47,469 bases of DNA, from contig CALVKE010000038.1 of NCBI GenBank assembly GCA_944332535.1, positions 1 through 47,469 on the forward strand. The letters run 5' to 3'. The position numbers and the translations under genes were made by a program. Position 1 is the stretch's first letter; each line of letters opens with the position of its first letter. The stretch is from an uncultured Bacilli bacterium. GTDB lineage: Bacteria > Bacillota_I > Bacilli_A > RF39 > UBA660. Shown one piece after another: positions 38,467-47,469 of this stretch. The notes under the pieces are model-generated. The model was not told the DNA's origin and made no database searches. It worked only from the letters and a program-made list of their open reading frames with translations.

Positions 38467-39197
38467 TATTTTCCTCTTACTATTAACCTAATAAATTTTA
38501 AATTGGTTTTAAAGTATCTACGGAAAAGCCGTTTTGGTTCTTGCAACAAACGATATAGCCACTCCAAACTACATTTTTGCATCCATTTTGGTGCTCGTTT
38601 AATTTTTTCGGCAAAATAATCAAATCCTGCACCGACTCCAATCATGAGTCCTTTTACTTTTCCTTTATGCTGATACATCCACTTTTCTTGTTTCGGTGCT
38701 CCAAGTCCGACCCAAACAAAATCTGGTTTTGTTTTGTTGATCATTTGAATGATTTTTTTATCTTCCTCTTCGCTTAACGCACGAAATGGTGGCGAATACA
38801 TTCCTACAATATTCAAGTTAGGATATTTTGCTAATAATTTTTCTTTTAATAATTCTAACGTCTCCTCGGTACTTCCGTAAAAGTAATGCGTAAATCCGCA
38901 CTCTTCTGAAATTTCGAAAATCTCTTTCATTAAATCAGGTCCAGTTACTCTTTCTGCTTCTTTAAACCCTCTTTTTTTCGCTACGACACTTAATGGTTTT
39001 CCATCGGGAAGACGTAAATAAGCCGTATTTTGTACTTTACAATATTCTGGATCTTCGTAACTCATGACGGTCGTATGCACATTTGATATACAAATGTATT
39101 CTCCTTTTAACACGGAAATCTTATTTTTAAGAAGCGACACTACTTCTTCCATGTTTGTTACAGCAATTTCTACTCCTAAAATATTACATGTCGTCAT
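38466..39197 (-). CDS. WecB/TagA/CpsF family (GT26) glycosyltransferase
   Basis: SNVH, LPDG, RVTGPDL, VGLGAPKQE, GVGAGFD, LEWLYRLLQEPKRL. Confidence 0.92.
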   Translation of the reverse strand: MTTCNILGVEIAVTNMEEVVSLLKNKISVLKGEYICISNVHTTVMSYEDPEYCKVQNTAYLRLPDGKPLSVVAKKRGFKEAERVTGPDLMKEIFEISEECGFTHYFYGSTEETLELLKEKLLAKYPNLNIVGMYSPPFRALSEEEDKKIIQMINKTKPDFVWVGLGAPKQEKWMYQHKGKVKGLMIGVGAGFDYFAEKIKRAPKWMQKCSLEWLYRLLQEPKRLFRRYFKTNLKFIRLIVRGK

Positions 39198-39224
39198 ATT
39201 CTCTACATCCTTTTCTCTTTTATT

Positions 39225-39289
39225 AAAAAATAAGAAATCTCTTCTTTTTACGTTCCGCTTTGTTGTGGTAAAAAGGATCTTTCTTATTT
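39225..39289 (-). terminator. Long intra-operon hairpin (possible attenuator or processing site)
   Basis: AAATAAGAAA/TTTCTTATTT (10 bp) enclosing CTTTTTAC/GTAAAAAG (8 bp), ending in T6 on the minus strand. Confidence 0.45.
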
Positions 39290-39300
39290 ATTTGCTATCA

Positions 39301-39975
39301 TTATTTTGCACCATTTTTTCTTAATACGGAACTAACTGTTTTCCAAGCAATCTTAATATCTCCTCTAAGTCCCCAGTTATTGGCATATTCTACATCCATT
39401 TTCACTCGTTTTTTAAAAGAGACATTGCTTCTACCACTCACTTGCCAAGGGCCAGTAATTCCTGGCTTTACTTTGATAATTTCAGAATATCCATTTCCCA
39501 TATCCTTCTTTTCTCTTGGCAGATAAGGACGCGGTCCTACAAAAGACATATTTCCTCTTAACACATTAAAAAACTGGGGGAATTCATCTAATGAAGTCTT
39601 TCGAAGAAATTTCCCAATTTTTGTAATCCGGGGATCATTTTTAAGCTTTTTATTCTTCAAATATTCTTTTCGAATCTTTTCGTCTTCTCGCATGAGTCGT
39701 TCTAGTTCAGCCTCTGCATTAGGTATCATACTACGAAATTTATAAATTGCAATCCTTCTTCCATCTTTTCCAATCCGATATTGTTTAAAAAAGATGGGAG
39801 AAAAGTCATGGTTTTTTACGTAACAAATTTTGATAATGCAGTAAAGAGGAAGCAATGTAAGTGTTCCTATCAGTCCAACGATGATATCTGCCATACGTTT
39901 TATAACCAATTTCACTCCATAACGAAAAGCATCTGTTTGTACATACAACTTTTGTAGTATTCCTGCTTCATTCAT
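39301..39975 (-). CDS. Priming phosphoglycosyltransferase (bacterial sugar transferase domain)
   Basis: KRMAD, YKFRSM, DPRIT, RKTSLDEFPQ, GPRP, KPGITG. Confidence 0.92.
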   Translation of the reverse strand: MNEAGILQKLYVQTDAFRYGVKLVIKRMADIIVGLIGTLTLLPLYCIIKICYVKNHDFSPIFFKQYRIGKDGRRIAIYKFRSMIPNAEAELERLMREDEKIRKEYLKNKKLKNDPRITKIGKFLRKTSLDEFPQFFNVLRGNMSFVGPRPYLPREKKDMGNGYSEIIKVKPGITGPWQVSGRSNVSFKKRVKMDVEYANNWGLRGDIKIAWKTVSSVLRKNGAK

Positions 39976-39986
39976 AATGAATCATC

Positions 39987-40769
39987 CTATCTATCTTTTT
40001 TTACAAACAACTTAAATTTTGTTCTTGGTACTCTTATTTTATAAGCGTGTATAACCGTATTTTGAATTACTTTTTCAATGTTTTTATCCACTAATTCCTC
40101 AGCAATATATTTGCTTCCGGTCAGTTTTTCTATTCTTTCTGCCGTCTCTTGAATTCGGTGATAACTCGTCTGTCCTTTGTGATGAACATCGCTTCCGATG
40201 AAGTGAATCATGTGACGTTTTAACATCTCTTCTAAGCGTTCTTGTACATTTTTTCCATACTTGCAGTAAAGGCTTCCAATGTTTCCTTGCATGAGAGCCC
40301 CTTCTTGAATCATTTGTTGAAATTCATCTAGATCTTTATAGTATTCATAACGTTCCGGATGAGCAATGATCGGTACGATTCCTGCTGTACGAAGGCGAAA
40401 AATCAATTCGTGTAACATCGCAAATTTAGAATGAAAAGGTAACTCTAATAGAAGATATCTGCTTTCATTAAGTGTTAAAATCTGATCCGTTTTTAAATAC
40501 TTCATCAAATCGCCATCTAATGTTACTTCGTTTCCCAAGTATAGATGAACCGGAATGTTTTGTCTTTCTACTTCTTGTGTTAATTGCTTAAAGATTCTTT
40601 TTTTCTCTTGGTTGTCGCAAGTAAAGTCCTGTATACTCCGATAATGAGGAGTTAAAATAATGTCGGTATAACCATTTTGTACGGCTTCCTTGATAATTTG
40701 AATGCTCTCTTCTAACGATTCACTTCCATCGTCGATTCCAAACAATATATGATTATGAATATCTTTCAT
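39987..40769 (-). CDS. cpsB: CpsB/CapC PHP-family tyrosine phosphatase
   Basis: DIHNHIL, DDGS, TPH, AHPERY, GSDVH. Confidence 0.9.
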   Translation of the reverse strand: MKDIHNHILFGIDDGSESLEESIQIIKEAVQNGYTDIILTPHYRSIQDFTCDNQEKKRIFKQLTQEVERQNIPVHLYLGNEVTLDGDLMKYLKTDQILTLNESRYLLLELPFHSKFAMLHELIFRLRTAGIVPIIAHPERYEYYKDLDEFQQMIQEGALMQGNIGSLYCKYGKNVQERLEEMLKRHMIHFIGSDVHHKGQTSYHRIQETAERIEKLTGSKYIAEELVDKNIEKVIQNTVIHAYKIRVPRTKFKLFVKKDR

Positions 40770-41452
40770 TATTCGCTATAGTAACCACTACTGTAATAGT
40801 ATGGTTCATCTTTCACGTCTACTTGGTTTAAGATAACTCCGGCTATTTTCGCTCCGACATTATCCAAAGACTTTTTCGACTTTTCTAATAATTCCATAGG
40901 AGTTTGCTTGTATTTTGCCACGATAATAGAAGTATCGACATAAGAAGATACAACAAGAGCATCATTTAATCCTGTAACAGGAGGACAGTCAATTAAAATA
41001 ATATCAAAATGGTTTCTTAATAACTTCAATAAATTAGCACATCTCTCACTAGCAAGAAGTTCCGATGGGTTTGGTGGGAACGTTCCGGCTGGAAGAAGAT
41101 ATAAATTTTTTATTTTGGTCTTTTTTACATAGTTCTTTGCTGTTGCACGATAATCTTCGTCGATTAATAAGTTAGACATACCAAGCGTTTTATTACTTGA
41201 AATTCCAAATATTTTGTGTTGACGTCCTTTTCGAAGATCACAATCGATTAATAATACTCTTTCATTAAACTGCGCAAAGGCACAAGCTAGATTAGCTGTT
41301 ACAAAACTTTTCCCTTCTCCTGGAACAGAAGAAGTAACCATAATCGTCTTAACCTCTTTGTTTATGGCTGAAAATTTTAAATTCGTACGAACTGTTTTGA
41401 TCGCTTCACTAAAAGAAGAAGTCGGTTTATCAATGACAATTAGTTCATTCAT
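40769..41452 (-). CDS. cpsD: CpsD/CapB BY tyrosine kinase
   Basis: GEGKS, IDCDLR, PPNPSELL, IDCPP, C-terminal tyrosine cluster YYYSSGYY. Confidence 0.92.
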   Translation of the reverse strand: MNELIVIDKPTSSFSEAIKTVRTNLKFSAINKEVKTIMVTSSVPGEGKSFVTANLACAFAQFNERVLLIDCDLRKGRQHKIFGISSNKTLGMSNLLIDEDYRATAKNYVKKTKIKNLYLLPAGTFPPNPSELLASERCANLLKLLRNHFDIILIDCPPVTGLNDALVVSSYVDTSIIVAKYKQTPMELLEKSKKSLDNVGAKIAGVILNQVDVKDEPYYYSSGYYSE

Positions 41453-42135
41453 TATTTCACCCCTTTTCCACTGACTGGAATATTTCCAATAACTGGAATT
41501 CCTAGACGATTTTCTACTTCTTCACTAGACTTAATAGAGGTATCAAAATAATAAATAGCAAATACGACTCCTCCAGCTACTACAAGTCCTGCTGCAAAAA
41601 AAAGTAGAAAAGACTTCCCTAATTGAATATTATACGGAGTACTTTGTACTTCTGCTTCATCGATGATCGTTACGTTTTCAAGACTGTAGATTTCCATTAC
41701 TTCCTGCTTAAATACATCCGCTATAGTATCCGCAATTTGTGCCGCTCTCTTTGGATCTTCATCGCTTACACTGATTTGAATAATCTCTGTATCGCTTTTG
41801 TTGGATACTGTTACTTTTTTCGATAACTCTTTGGTTGACTCATTCAATTTCAATTGTGAAATAACTTGGTTCAACACTCTTCTACTTTTAATGATTTCAC
41901 TATAAGTAGCAACCAGTTTTTGGTTCAGTACAATATCATTTTGTGTAAGTGAAGAGGAAGAATCCGCATCTTCTTTTTTCACTAAGATTAATGTAGTGTC
42001 CCCCTTATATAAAGGCGTTTTTAAAACCATTGTATAAACGATTCCAACGGCAAAAATAAAGATTGTAATTAACATCATTAGTGGAATTTTTTTGACAAAA
42101 AAATTAAATAAATCTTTTAAATTTATCTCTTCCAT
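41452..42135 (-). CDS. cpsC: CpsC/CapA (Wzz-family) chain-length regulator
   Basis: MEEINLKDLF, TYSEIIKS, two TMs, FDTSIKSSEEVE...PVIGNIP; real start ATG 42135 (ORF track 42279). Confidence 0.9.
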   Translation of the reverse strand: MEEINLKDLFNFFVKKIPLMMLITIFIFAVGIVYTMVLKTPLYKGDTTLILVKKEDADSSSSLTQNDIVLNQKLVATYSEIIKSRRVLNQVISQLKLNESTKELSKKVTVSNKSDTEIIQISVSDEDPKRAAQIADTIADVFKQEVMEIYSLENVTIIDEAEVQSTPYNIQLGKSFLLFFAAGLVVAGGVVFAIYYFDTSIKSSEEVENRLGIPVIGNIPVSGKGVK

Positions 42136-42184
42136 ACTTCCATCCCTTCTTATTACTAATCTCCCCTGTTCATTTACTGATAAT

Positions 42185-42212
42185 ATTATATCATAGATTT
42201 CTAAAATGTTAA
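42185..42212 (-). promoter_or_regulatory. Promoter of the capsule/EPS operon
   Basis: Minus strand TTAACA, 16 nt, TATAAT with TGn extension. Confidence 0.55.
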
Positions 42213-42456
42213 TCCCTAATTTCACTTTTTGTGTATTTCTCGGTTTTTTTTCAAAAAATGATCCCTTTATTAGAGACAAAAAATTATACCTTCTGTTATT
42301 ATTTTCCTCTTTAGTAGAATCTAAAAAGAAATAGATCCCTATCCATTAATTATTCCATTCTTACTAATTTATGAATTTATTTTGAAATATCCCCACAGAA
42401 ATTAGTCATAAGTTTACAGCGAAAAGATTAAAATTACGTTTATAAATATGAGAAGG

Positions 42457-42465
42457 TGATATAAT
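42457..42465 (+). promoter_or_regulatory. Extended -10 for the divergent O-acetylation cassette
   Basis: TGATATAAT about 50 nt upstream of ATG 42515. Confidence 0.45.
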
Positions 42466-42514
42466 TAATAAAGATATATTTAATAGATTATTTTAGTAAG
42501 ATTCGGTGGTAGGA

Positions 42515-43285
42515 ATGAAAAAAATAGTACTATTAGTTGGCAAGTTATTTCTTTGTGTTTTGATAGCCTTCTTTATTAGTTGGCTTATCATAAAACATGA
42601 TTTTTTGAAATTTTCTCAAACAAGTAAAAAGTATGAAGATACGGAACAATTTTTTATTAACAATGAAAATAGAGATATCGCAAAAATAAAAGAAGACATA
42701 GATAAAGTAAATAATCCAATACTCGAGCCTCCTCTTCTACCAGATTATGATGTGTCTCCTAAGGATTTCTTTCAGCAAAATAGAATCTTGATGATTGGAG
42801 ACTCTATGGTGGAAGGAATGGACGCTTATGAAGTTTTATATTCGTCTAATACGATATGGCAACGAGGAAAAAGAATTGATGACATGTCAGATCAGTTAGA
42901 AAAAGCTGTTACTTATAACCCTAGTGCTATTATTCTTTCCTATGGATTAAACGATGTTCAATTATGGAATGGACGAGTAGATAGCTTTATTAACGCTTAT
43001 AATAATAGTTTAGAGAATATCCGAAAAGCTCTTCCGAATACCACAATCTATGTATGTTCCATATTTCCTGTCAGTCAAGAGGCAATTGACAGAGATTCTT
43101 CTTTTCAATATATCAATTTATTCAATGATAGATTGCAACAATTATGTAATGATAAAGGAATTTCGTTTATAGACAGCAGATATTTATTATCAAATGTATC
43201 TAATCCCTATGGGCCTGATGGCATACATCCGAAAGCTTTTTTCTACAAAGAATGGGCGAATGATATTATGAGTAAAATGAGGTAA
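42515..43285 (+). CDS. Membrane-anchored SGNH/GDSL family protein
   Basis: N-terminal TM; IGDS, YGLND, DGIHP blocks (ORF track start 42506). Confidence 0.85.
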   Translation: MKKIVLLVGKLFLCVLIAFFISWLIIKHDFLKFSQTSKKYEDTEQFFINNENRDIAKIKEDIDKVNNPILEPPLLPDYDVSPKDFFQQNRILMIGDSMVEGMDAYEVLYSSNTIWQRGKRIDDMSDQLEKAVTYNPSAIILSYGLNDVQLWNGRVDSFINAYNNSLENIRKALPNTTIYVCSIFPVSQEAIDRDSSFQYINLFNDRLQQLCNDKGISFIDSRYLLSNVSNPYGPDGIHPKAFFYKEWANDIMSKMR

Positions 43286-43289
43286 TATT

Positions 43290-43751
43290 ATGAGAGTAAA
43301 ACAAATAATTTTTATTGCACTTTTTATTATTCTTTTATTATTAATACCATTTTTCATAAAGGATAAAAAAGTGGAATGGGACGAGATTAAAGAAGTAATT
43401 AAACCATACATTGATCAACAAGTAGTTCAAAATGTTGATTCCAGTACGATATATAATCATTATAAAATAAATACTAATTTGCTAGATGGCTATATTAGTT
43501 ATGGACCTATTTCTTATATGGATGTTCAAGAAATCACAATCTTTAAAGAAAAAAAGATAGAGCAAAGAGATGTTATCGTAAAAAAAATAAAAGACTACAT
43601 TGCTAAAAAAATAACTACTTTTGAAGGATATGCTCCTTTACAGGTAGACTTATTAAAAAATGCTATTGTAGAAGTTAAGGGAGATTATATATTTTGTATA
43701 ATACTAGAGGATAATACTTCGTTATGGCATGATATTATGAAATTATTTTAG
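43290..43751 (+). CDS. DUF4358-like membrane-anchored protein
   Basis: N-terminal TM; VQEITIFK, FEGYAP, LKNAIVEVKGDY; context next to MBOAT. Confidence 0.7.
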   Translation: MRVKQIIFIALFIILLLLIPFFIKDKKVEWDEIKEVIKPYIDQQVVQNVDSSTIYNHYKINTNLLDGYISYGPISYMDVQEITIFKEKKIEQRDVIVKKIKDYIAKKITTFEGYAPLQVDLLKNAIVEVKGDYIFCIILEDNTSLWHDIMKLF

Positions 43752-43765
43752 AAAGAAGGATCCCA

Positions 43766-45127
43766 ATGTCTTTTAATAGTATTATATTTTGCTTTCTATT
43801 TTTACCAATTGCAATTATTATTTATTTCTTTATTCCCAAAAAATTAAAAAATATATATTTACTAATCATTAGTATATTATTTTATTCTTATAGTAGTATT
43901 TTTCATACCATTATCTTATTATTAATCACCATTTATAATTTTGTTGCAGTTCGAAAAATGGATGAGTTACAAGAAAAAAGAAGAAAATATAAATTGATTG
44001 AGATATTAATAATCAATATTTTTACATTATGTTATTTTAAATATTATTATATATTGCTAGATAATTTATTTCATAATCTTTCCTTTAAAGAAATTATTTT
44101 ACCTCTTGGTATGTCATTTTATATATTTACTATATTGTCTTATGTAATTGATGTATATAAAGGAAAAGTACGTAGTGAATCAAATTTGACCTCTTTTGGT
44201 TTGTATGTTTTATTCTTTCCCAAATTAATAATGGGGCCCATTGTCAGATATCAAGATTTTAACGAGCAAATCGATCATCATGATTTTAATAATTCTTTAT
44301 TTCATTACGGTTTTAAAAGATTTATTATTGGTCTTGCTATGAAAGTGGTGCTAGCAGATACTTTTTCTAGAATTATTTCTTTGTATCAAGTTGATTCCAT
44401 GCTTGGTAGTATTGTCATCATTGTCTTGTATTCTATGCAATTATATTATGACTTTGCAGGTTATACAAATATGGCATTAGGACTTAGTAATATTTTCGAG
44501 TTTGATTTTCGAGAAAACTTTCATTACCCTTATATGTCAAAAAGTGTGGGAGAATTCTTTCGAAGATGGCATATTTCATTAGGCGAATGGTTTCGTGATT
44601 ATGTTTATATTCCTTTGGGAGGTAGTCGAACAACAAAGCCTCGTCTAGTAATTAATCTGTTAATTGTTTGGCTTCTTACAGGAATGTGGCATGGGGCTAG
44701 TTATAATTTTATTCTTTGGGGGATTTTTTTAGGAGTCATCATCGTTATAGAAAAATTAGTATTATCTAAAATTAAAATTCCTACATTTGTTGGCGTCCTA
44801 TTTACTTTTATATGTATATCAATTAGTTGGATATTCTTCTTCAATTCTGATTTTGATCATATCACACTATTGTTTAAAAACTTAGTTAATATCCATCATT
44901 TTGCTGATGATCAAATCTATTCGATATTAAGTAATTATCTTGTTTATCTAATTGTTGGTTTTATCGCTTTGACTCCTGTTATCAAAAATATTGGTATTTC
45001 AATTCAGGAAAAACACCCTTATCTATATAATTGTTTTAGTTGTATTTATCTATTATTTTTAATCCTTTTATCAACATCCTATATGATTAGTTATTCCTAT
45101 CAACCATTTTTATATTTTAACTTTTAA
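43766..45127 (+). CDS. MBOAT family O-acyltransferase (AlgI/PatA-like)
   Basis: LPLGMSFYIF, FFPKLIMGPIVRY, YYDFAGY, RRWHISLG, YIPLGG, GMWHG, FLYFNF. Confidence 0.93.
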   Translation: MSFNSIIFCFLFLPIAIIIYFFIPKKLKNIYLLIISILFYSYSSIFHTIILLLITIYNFVAVRKMDELQEKRRKYKLIEILIINIFTLCYFKYYYILLDNLFHNLSFKEIILPLGMSFYIFTILSYVIDVYKGKVRSESNLTSFGLYVLFFPKLIMGPIVRYQDFNEQIDHHDFNNSLFHYGFKRFIIGLAMKVVLADTFSRIISLYQVDSMLGSIVIIVLYSMQLYYDFAGYTNMALGLSNIFEFDFRENFHYPYMSKSVGEFFRRWHISLGEWFRDYVYIPLGGSRTTKPRLVINLLIVWLLTGMWHGASYNFILWGIFLGVIIVIEKLVLSKIKIPTFVGVLFTFICISISWIFFFNSDFDHITLLFKNLVNIHHFADDQIYSILSNYLVYLIVGFIALTPVIKNIGISIQEKHPYLYNCFSCIYLLFLILLSTSYMISYSYQPFLYFNF

Positions 45128-45136
45128 GGAGGAAAC

Positions 45137-46246
45137 ATGAAAAAACATAATTATTTTATCGGATGGATCACATTAATATTTTTATTAACCATATTTTTTA
45201 TTAATTTCTTTTCCCCTACTTTAACTTTTTCGAATCAAGAAAATAGAATTCTTGCGAGTAAACCAAAATTAGATTTCGATAGCCTATTGGACGGTAGTTA
45301 TTTTTCTTCTTATAGCAAATATTTAGAAGATCAATTTTGGAATAGAACTATGTGGAAAAGTTTTAAAACGAGCTTTGAGAAAAAAATGGGGTTAAAGAAA
45401 ATTGATCATTTATATTTTGGAAAAGATGGCAGATTAATAGAAGAAGCAATTGTTCCAAGTGATGACTTTTTAACACGAAGAATTAATAATTTAACAAAGT
45501 TTCTTGATTATTACAAAGATCTTAATACAGAATTTGTATTAGTTCCAAATAAAATTGGAATATATAATGAAGAAATTGGAGTCGAAAACAAGCAAAAAGA
45601 AATTTATCATAATTTTATCAAGAATTTTGATCCGGAATTATTTAAAGTAAATTGTTTTGATATATTGAACTCTCATAAAGAAGAAAATATATTTTATAAT
45701 ACGGATCATCATTATACCTCTTTAGCTGCACGTTATATAAGTGAAAGTTTATACGATAAAAAAGAAGTAACCTATGACAAATATATTGTAAACGATCATT
45801 TTATGGGAACGAGTGCGAATAAGATTGCTTACTATGATAAAGCAGATATTTTTGAATTATATGTACCAAAAGTGGACGTATCTTATTATTTAACTTATAG
45901 TAATGAAGAGAAGGAATATACTTCGCTATATGATAAGAGTAAACAATATAGTTATAATCCTTATGAGATTTTTTTCGGTGGTAATAAAAGTATTATTGAC
46001 ATTCGGACAAATTCAAAAAAGGAAGAAAAGCTACTTATACTAAAGGATTCCTATGCGAATAGTTTCATTCCATTTATTTTATCGGATTATAGAGAAATAA
46101 TTGTTGTGGATCCTAGATATTATTATGATGATATAAATTCTTTAATTGAGGATAAGCAAATCACTGATATCTTGTTCTTTTACAGTATGAATACATTTTT
46201 TGAAGATACCTCTTTGGACGATATGATTGAAAATACCGAAAAATAG
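45137..46246 (+). CDS. DHHW-family (AlgJ/AlgX-like) O-acetylation protein
   Basis: ENRILA, YLEDQF, FYNTDHHYT, KDSYAN, VDPRY. Confidence 0.82.
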   Translation: MKKHNYFIGWITLIFLLTIFFINFFSPTLTFSNQENRILASKPKLDFDSLLDGSYFSSYSKYLEDQFWNRTMWKSFKTSFEKKMGLKKIDHLYFGKDGRLIEEAIVPSDDFLTRRINNLTKFLDYYKDLNTEFVLVPNKIGIYNEEIGVENKQKEIYHNFIKNFDPELFKVNCFDILNSHKEENIFYNTDHHYTSLAARYISESLYDKKEVTYDKYIVNDHFMGTSANKIAYYDKADIFELYVPKVDVSYYLTYSNEEKEYTSLYDKSKQYSYNPYEIFFGGNKSIIDIRTNSKKEEKLLILKDSYANSFIPFILSDYREIIVVDPRYYYDDINSLIEDKQITDILFFYSMNTFFEDTSLDDMIENTEK

Positions 46247-46276
46247 GACTATTAAAGAATTGGGAATAAATGATTT

Positions 46277-46304
46277 GGGAGAGATTTTTTTATCTCTCTT
46301 TTTT
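46277..46304 (+). terminator. Rho-independent terminator after the O-acetylation cassette
   Basis: GGGAGAGAT-TTTTTT-ATCTCTC-TTTTTT. Confidence 0.75.
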
Positions 46305-46373
46305 GTTTTCTTTTCCATGTTATCTTACTCATTTTATAAAATGTAAAAAATATAATGGAATGAGGGGATAGGA

Positions 46374-46493
46374 ATGAGAGTATTACGAGTGGAAAATTAT
46401 GATAAGAATGGAAATAGAATCGAACCTAAGAGGGTTACTTTACATTTTTCTTTATTATATACCCTATTAAAGAAATACATGACGGAATCATAA
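46374..46493 (+). CDS. Small hypothetical protein (39 aa) upstream of the recombinase
   Basis: MRVLRVENYDKNGNRIEPKRVTLHFSLLYTLLKKYMTES; GAGGGG RBS; TATAAT at 46351-46356; below the ORF-track cutoff. Confidence 0.5.
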   Translation: MRVLRVENYDKNGNRIEPKRVTLHFSLLYTLLKKYMTES

Positions 46494-46570
46494 GCTAGAC
46501 TATTAGCATGTTATTTTTTAGGAAAAGGGGGGAATAAGTTATTAGTCATTTCAAAGCCGGAGTCAAAAAC

Positions 46571-47469
46571 ATGAAAGCTCTTTACGTTCGAGTTTCCACA
46601 GATACTCAAGTAGAAGGTTATTCGATCGATGCGCAAATAGAGTTTTTAGTGAGTTTTTTAAAGAGTCAAGGATGGAAGGATTATGAAGTATATATGGATC
46701 CTGGATTTAGTGGTAAGAATTTAGAAAGACCTGCGATTCAAAAACTAATTAAAGACTGTGAATCTGGGGATATTGATACGGTATTGGTCTTTAAATTAGA
46801 TAGATTATCCCGTAGTCAAAAAGATACTCTCTTTTTAATAGAAGAAGTATTTAATAAAAACAATGTAGGTTTTATTTCTATTAGAGAAAGATTTGATACT
46901 ACTTCTCCTTTTGGTAAAGCCATGATAGGAATACTTTCTGTCTTTGCTCAATTAGAAAGAGAAACAATTTTAGAAAGAACCAGAATTGGTCTTAAAAAAC
47001 GTGCTGAGGATGGGTATTGGCGAGGGGGTGGTAAAACTCCTTTTGCTTATGATTATGATAAAGAAACAGGAACTTTAGTTGTGAATCCAGAAAGAAAGGC
47101 TATTTTTGATTTAATGAAGACTTTGCGAATACAAGGATATAGTTATCATGAGTTATCGAAAGTAACTGGATATGATGAAGCATGGATTCAAGGAATATTA
47201 AATGCCAAAACTAATTTAGGAAAAATCCCTTACAAAGGAGAACTTTATGATGGAAGACATGAAGCGATTATTAGTGAAGAAGAATATGAACAATTACAAA
47301 TAATAGAAAAATCTCGAAGTAGGAATCAACATGCTAGTCATTACTTATTATCAGGAAAGATATACTGCGCGAAATGTGGTGCCAAATATCGTTATCAAAA
47401 ATGGGGACAAAGAATTATTTGTTACTGCTATTCACAACAGAAAAGCAAACCTAAATTAGTAAAAGATCC
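46571..47469 (+). CDS. Large serine recombinase/integrase, truncated by the right edge
   Basis: Manual translation: MKALYVRVST (catalytic Ser), DPGFSG...RPA, KLDRLSRS, FAQLERE, and in-frame LLSGKIYCAKCG zinc ribbon; GGAG RBS. Confidence 0.93.
   Translation, partial: MKALYVRVSTDTQVEGYSIDAQIEFLVSFLKSQGWKDYEVYMDPGFSGKNLERPAIQKLIKDCESGDIDTVLVFKLDRLSRSQKDTLFLIEEVFNKNNVGFISIRERFDTTSPFGKAMIGILSVFAQLERETILERTRIGLKKRAEDGYWRGGGKTPFAYDYDKETGTLVVNPERKAIFDLMKTLRIQGYSYHELSKVTGYDEAWIQGILNAKTNLGKIPYKGELYDGRHEAIISEEEYEQLQIIEKSRSRNQHASHYLLSGKIYCAKCGAKYRYQKWGQRIICYCYSQQKSKPKLVKD

Noticed and set aside
39254-39262. TTCCGCTTT also present inverted at 9441-9449 as a shared recombination site
   Set aside because: Only 9 bp with no flanking similarity; compatible with chance.
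36447-42251. A/T homopolymers of 8 nt as phase-variation tracts
   Set aside because: Expected by chance in AT-rich DNA; all frames intact; no long G/C tract.
42136-42279. N-terminal extension of CpsC in the ORF track
   Set aside because: Family N-terminus begins at MEEINL (42135) and the extension contains the predicted promoter.
42136-42514. Invertible capsule promoter controlled by the serine recombinase
   Set aside because: No convincing inverted repeat pair flanking either promoter was found by eye.
10890-43411. Many 60-150 aa ORFs overlapping the main genes
   Set aside because: Antisense or out-of-frame within well-supported CDSs and lacking recognisable motifs.

Overview
Low-GC Firmicutes (Bacilli-like; inferred, not established) surface-glycan super-locus, almost all on the minus strand. 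Right to left: (1) a truncated large serine recombinase (46571->end, missing from the ORF track) preceded by a 39-aa ORF; (2) a divergent plus-strand O-acetylation cassette (SGNH, DUF4358-like, MBOAT, DHHW-like); (3) a Wzx/Wzy capsule/EPS operon (CpsC, CpsD, CpsB, priming transferase, TagA-family GT, GT4/GT2s, TupA-like ATP-grasp, Wzy, Wzx, ugd, LCP) that ends on an orphan 3' fragment of an ABC permease gene; (4) an O-antigen-ligase-like + GT2 pair; (5) an ABC-exported, probably rhamnose-rich polymer locus (rmlA, methyltransferase, WsaF-like GT, Wzt/Wzm, dual GT2) with a side-chain module (DUF2142-like, GT2 + DUF2304-like, GT2, a Wzx flippase fused to a GT11 alpha-1,2-fucosyltransferase, a second fucosyltransferase-like protein); (6) an IS3 element with an unusually long 14-bp direct repeat; (7) a ~1450-aa LRR/CAP/Ig/ChW surface protein; (8) an ISAs1 element inserted into a terminator and further GTs (PssD/PssE-like). 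Best leads: the flippase-fucosyltransferase fusion, a possible recombinase-mobilised capsule island integrated in an ABC permease gene, and two IS insertions into hairpins. No rRNA, tRNA or CRISPR array recognised. All family calls come from motif reading, not database searches.
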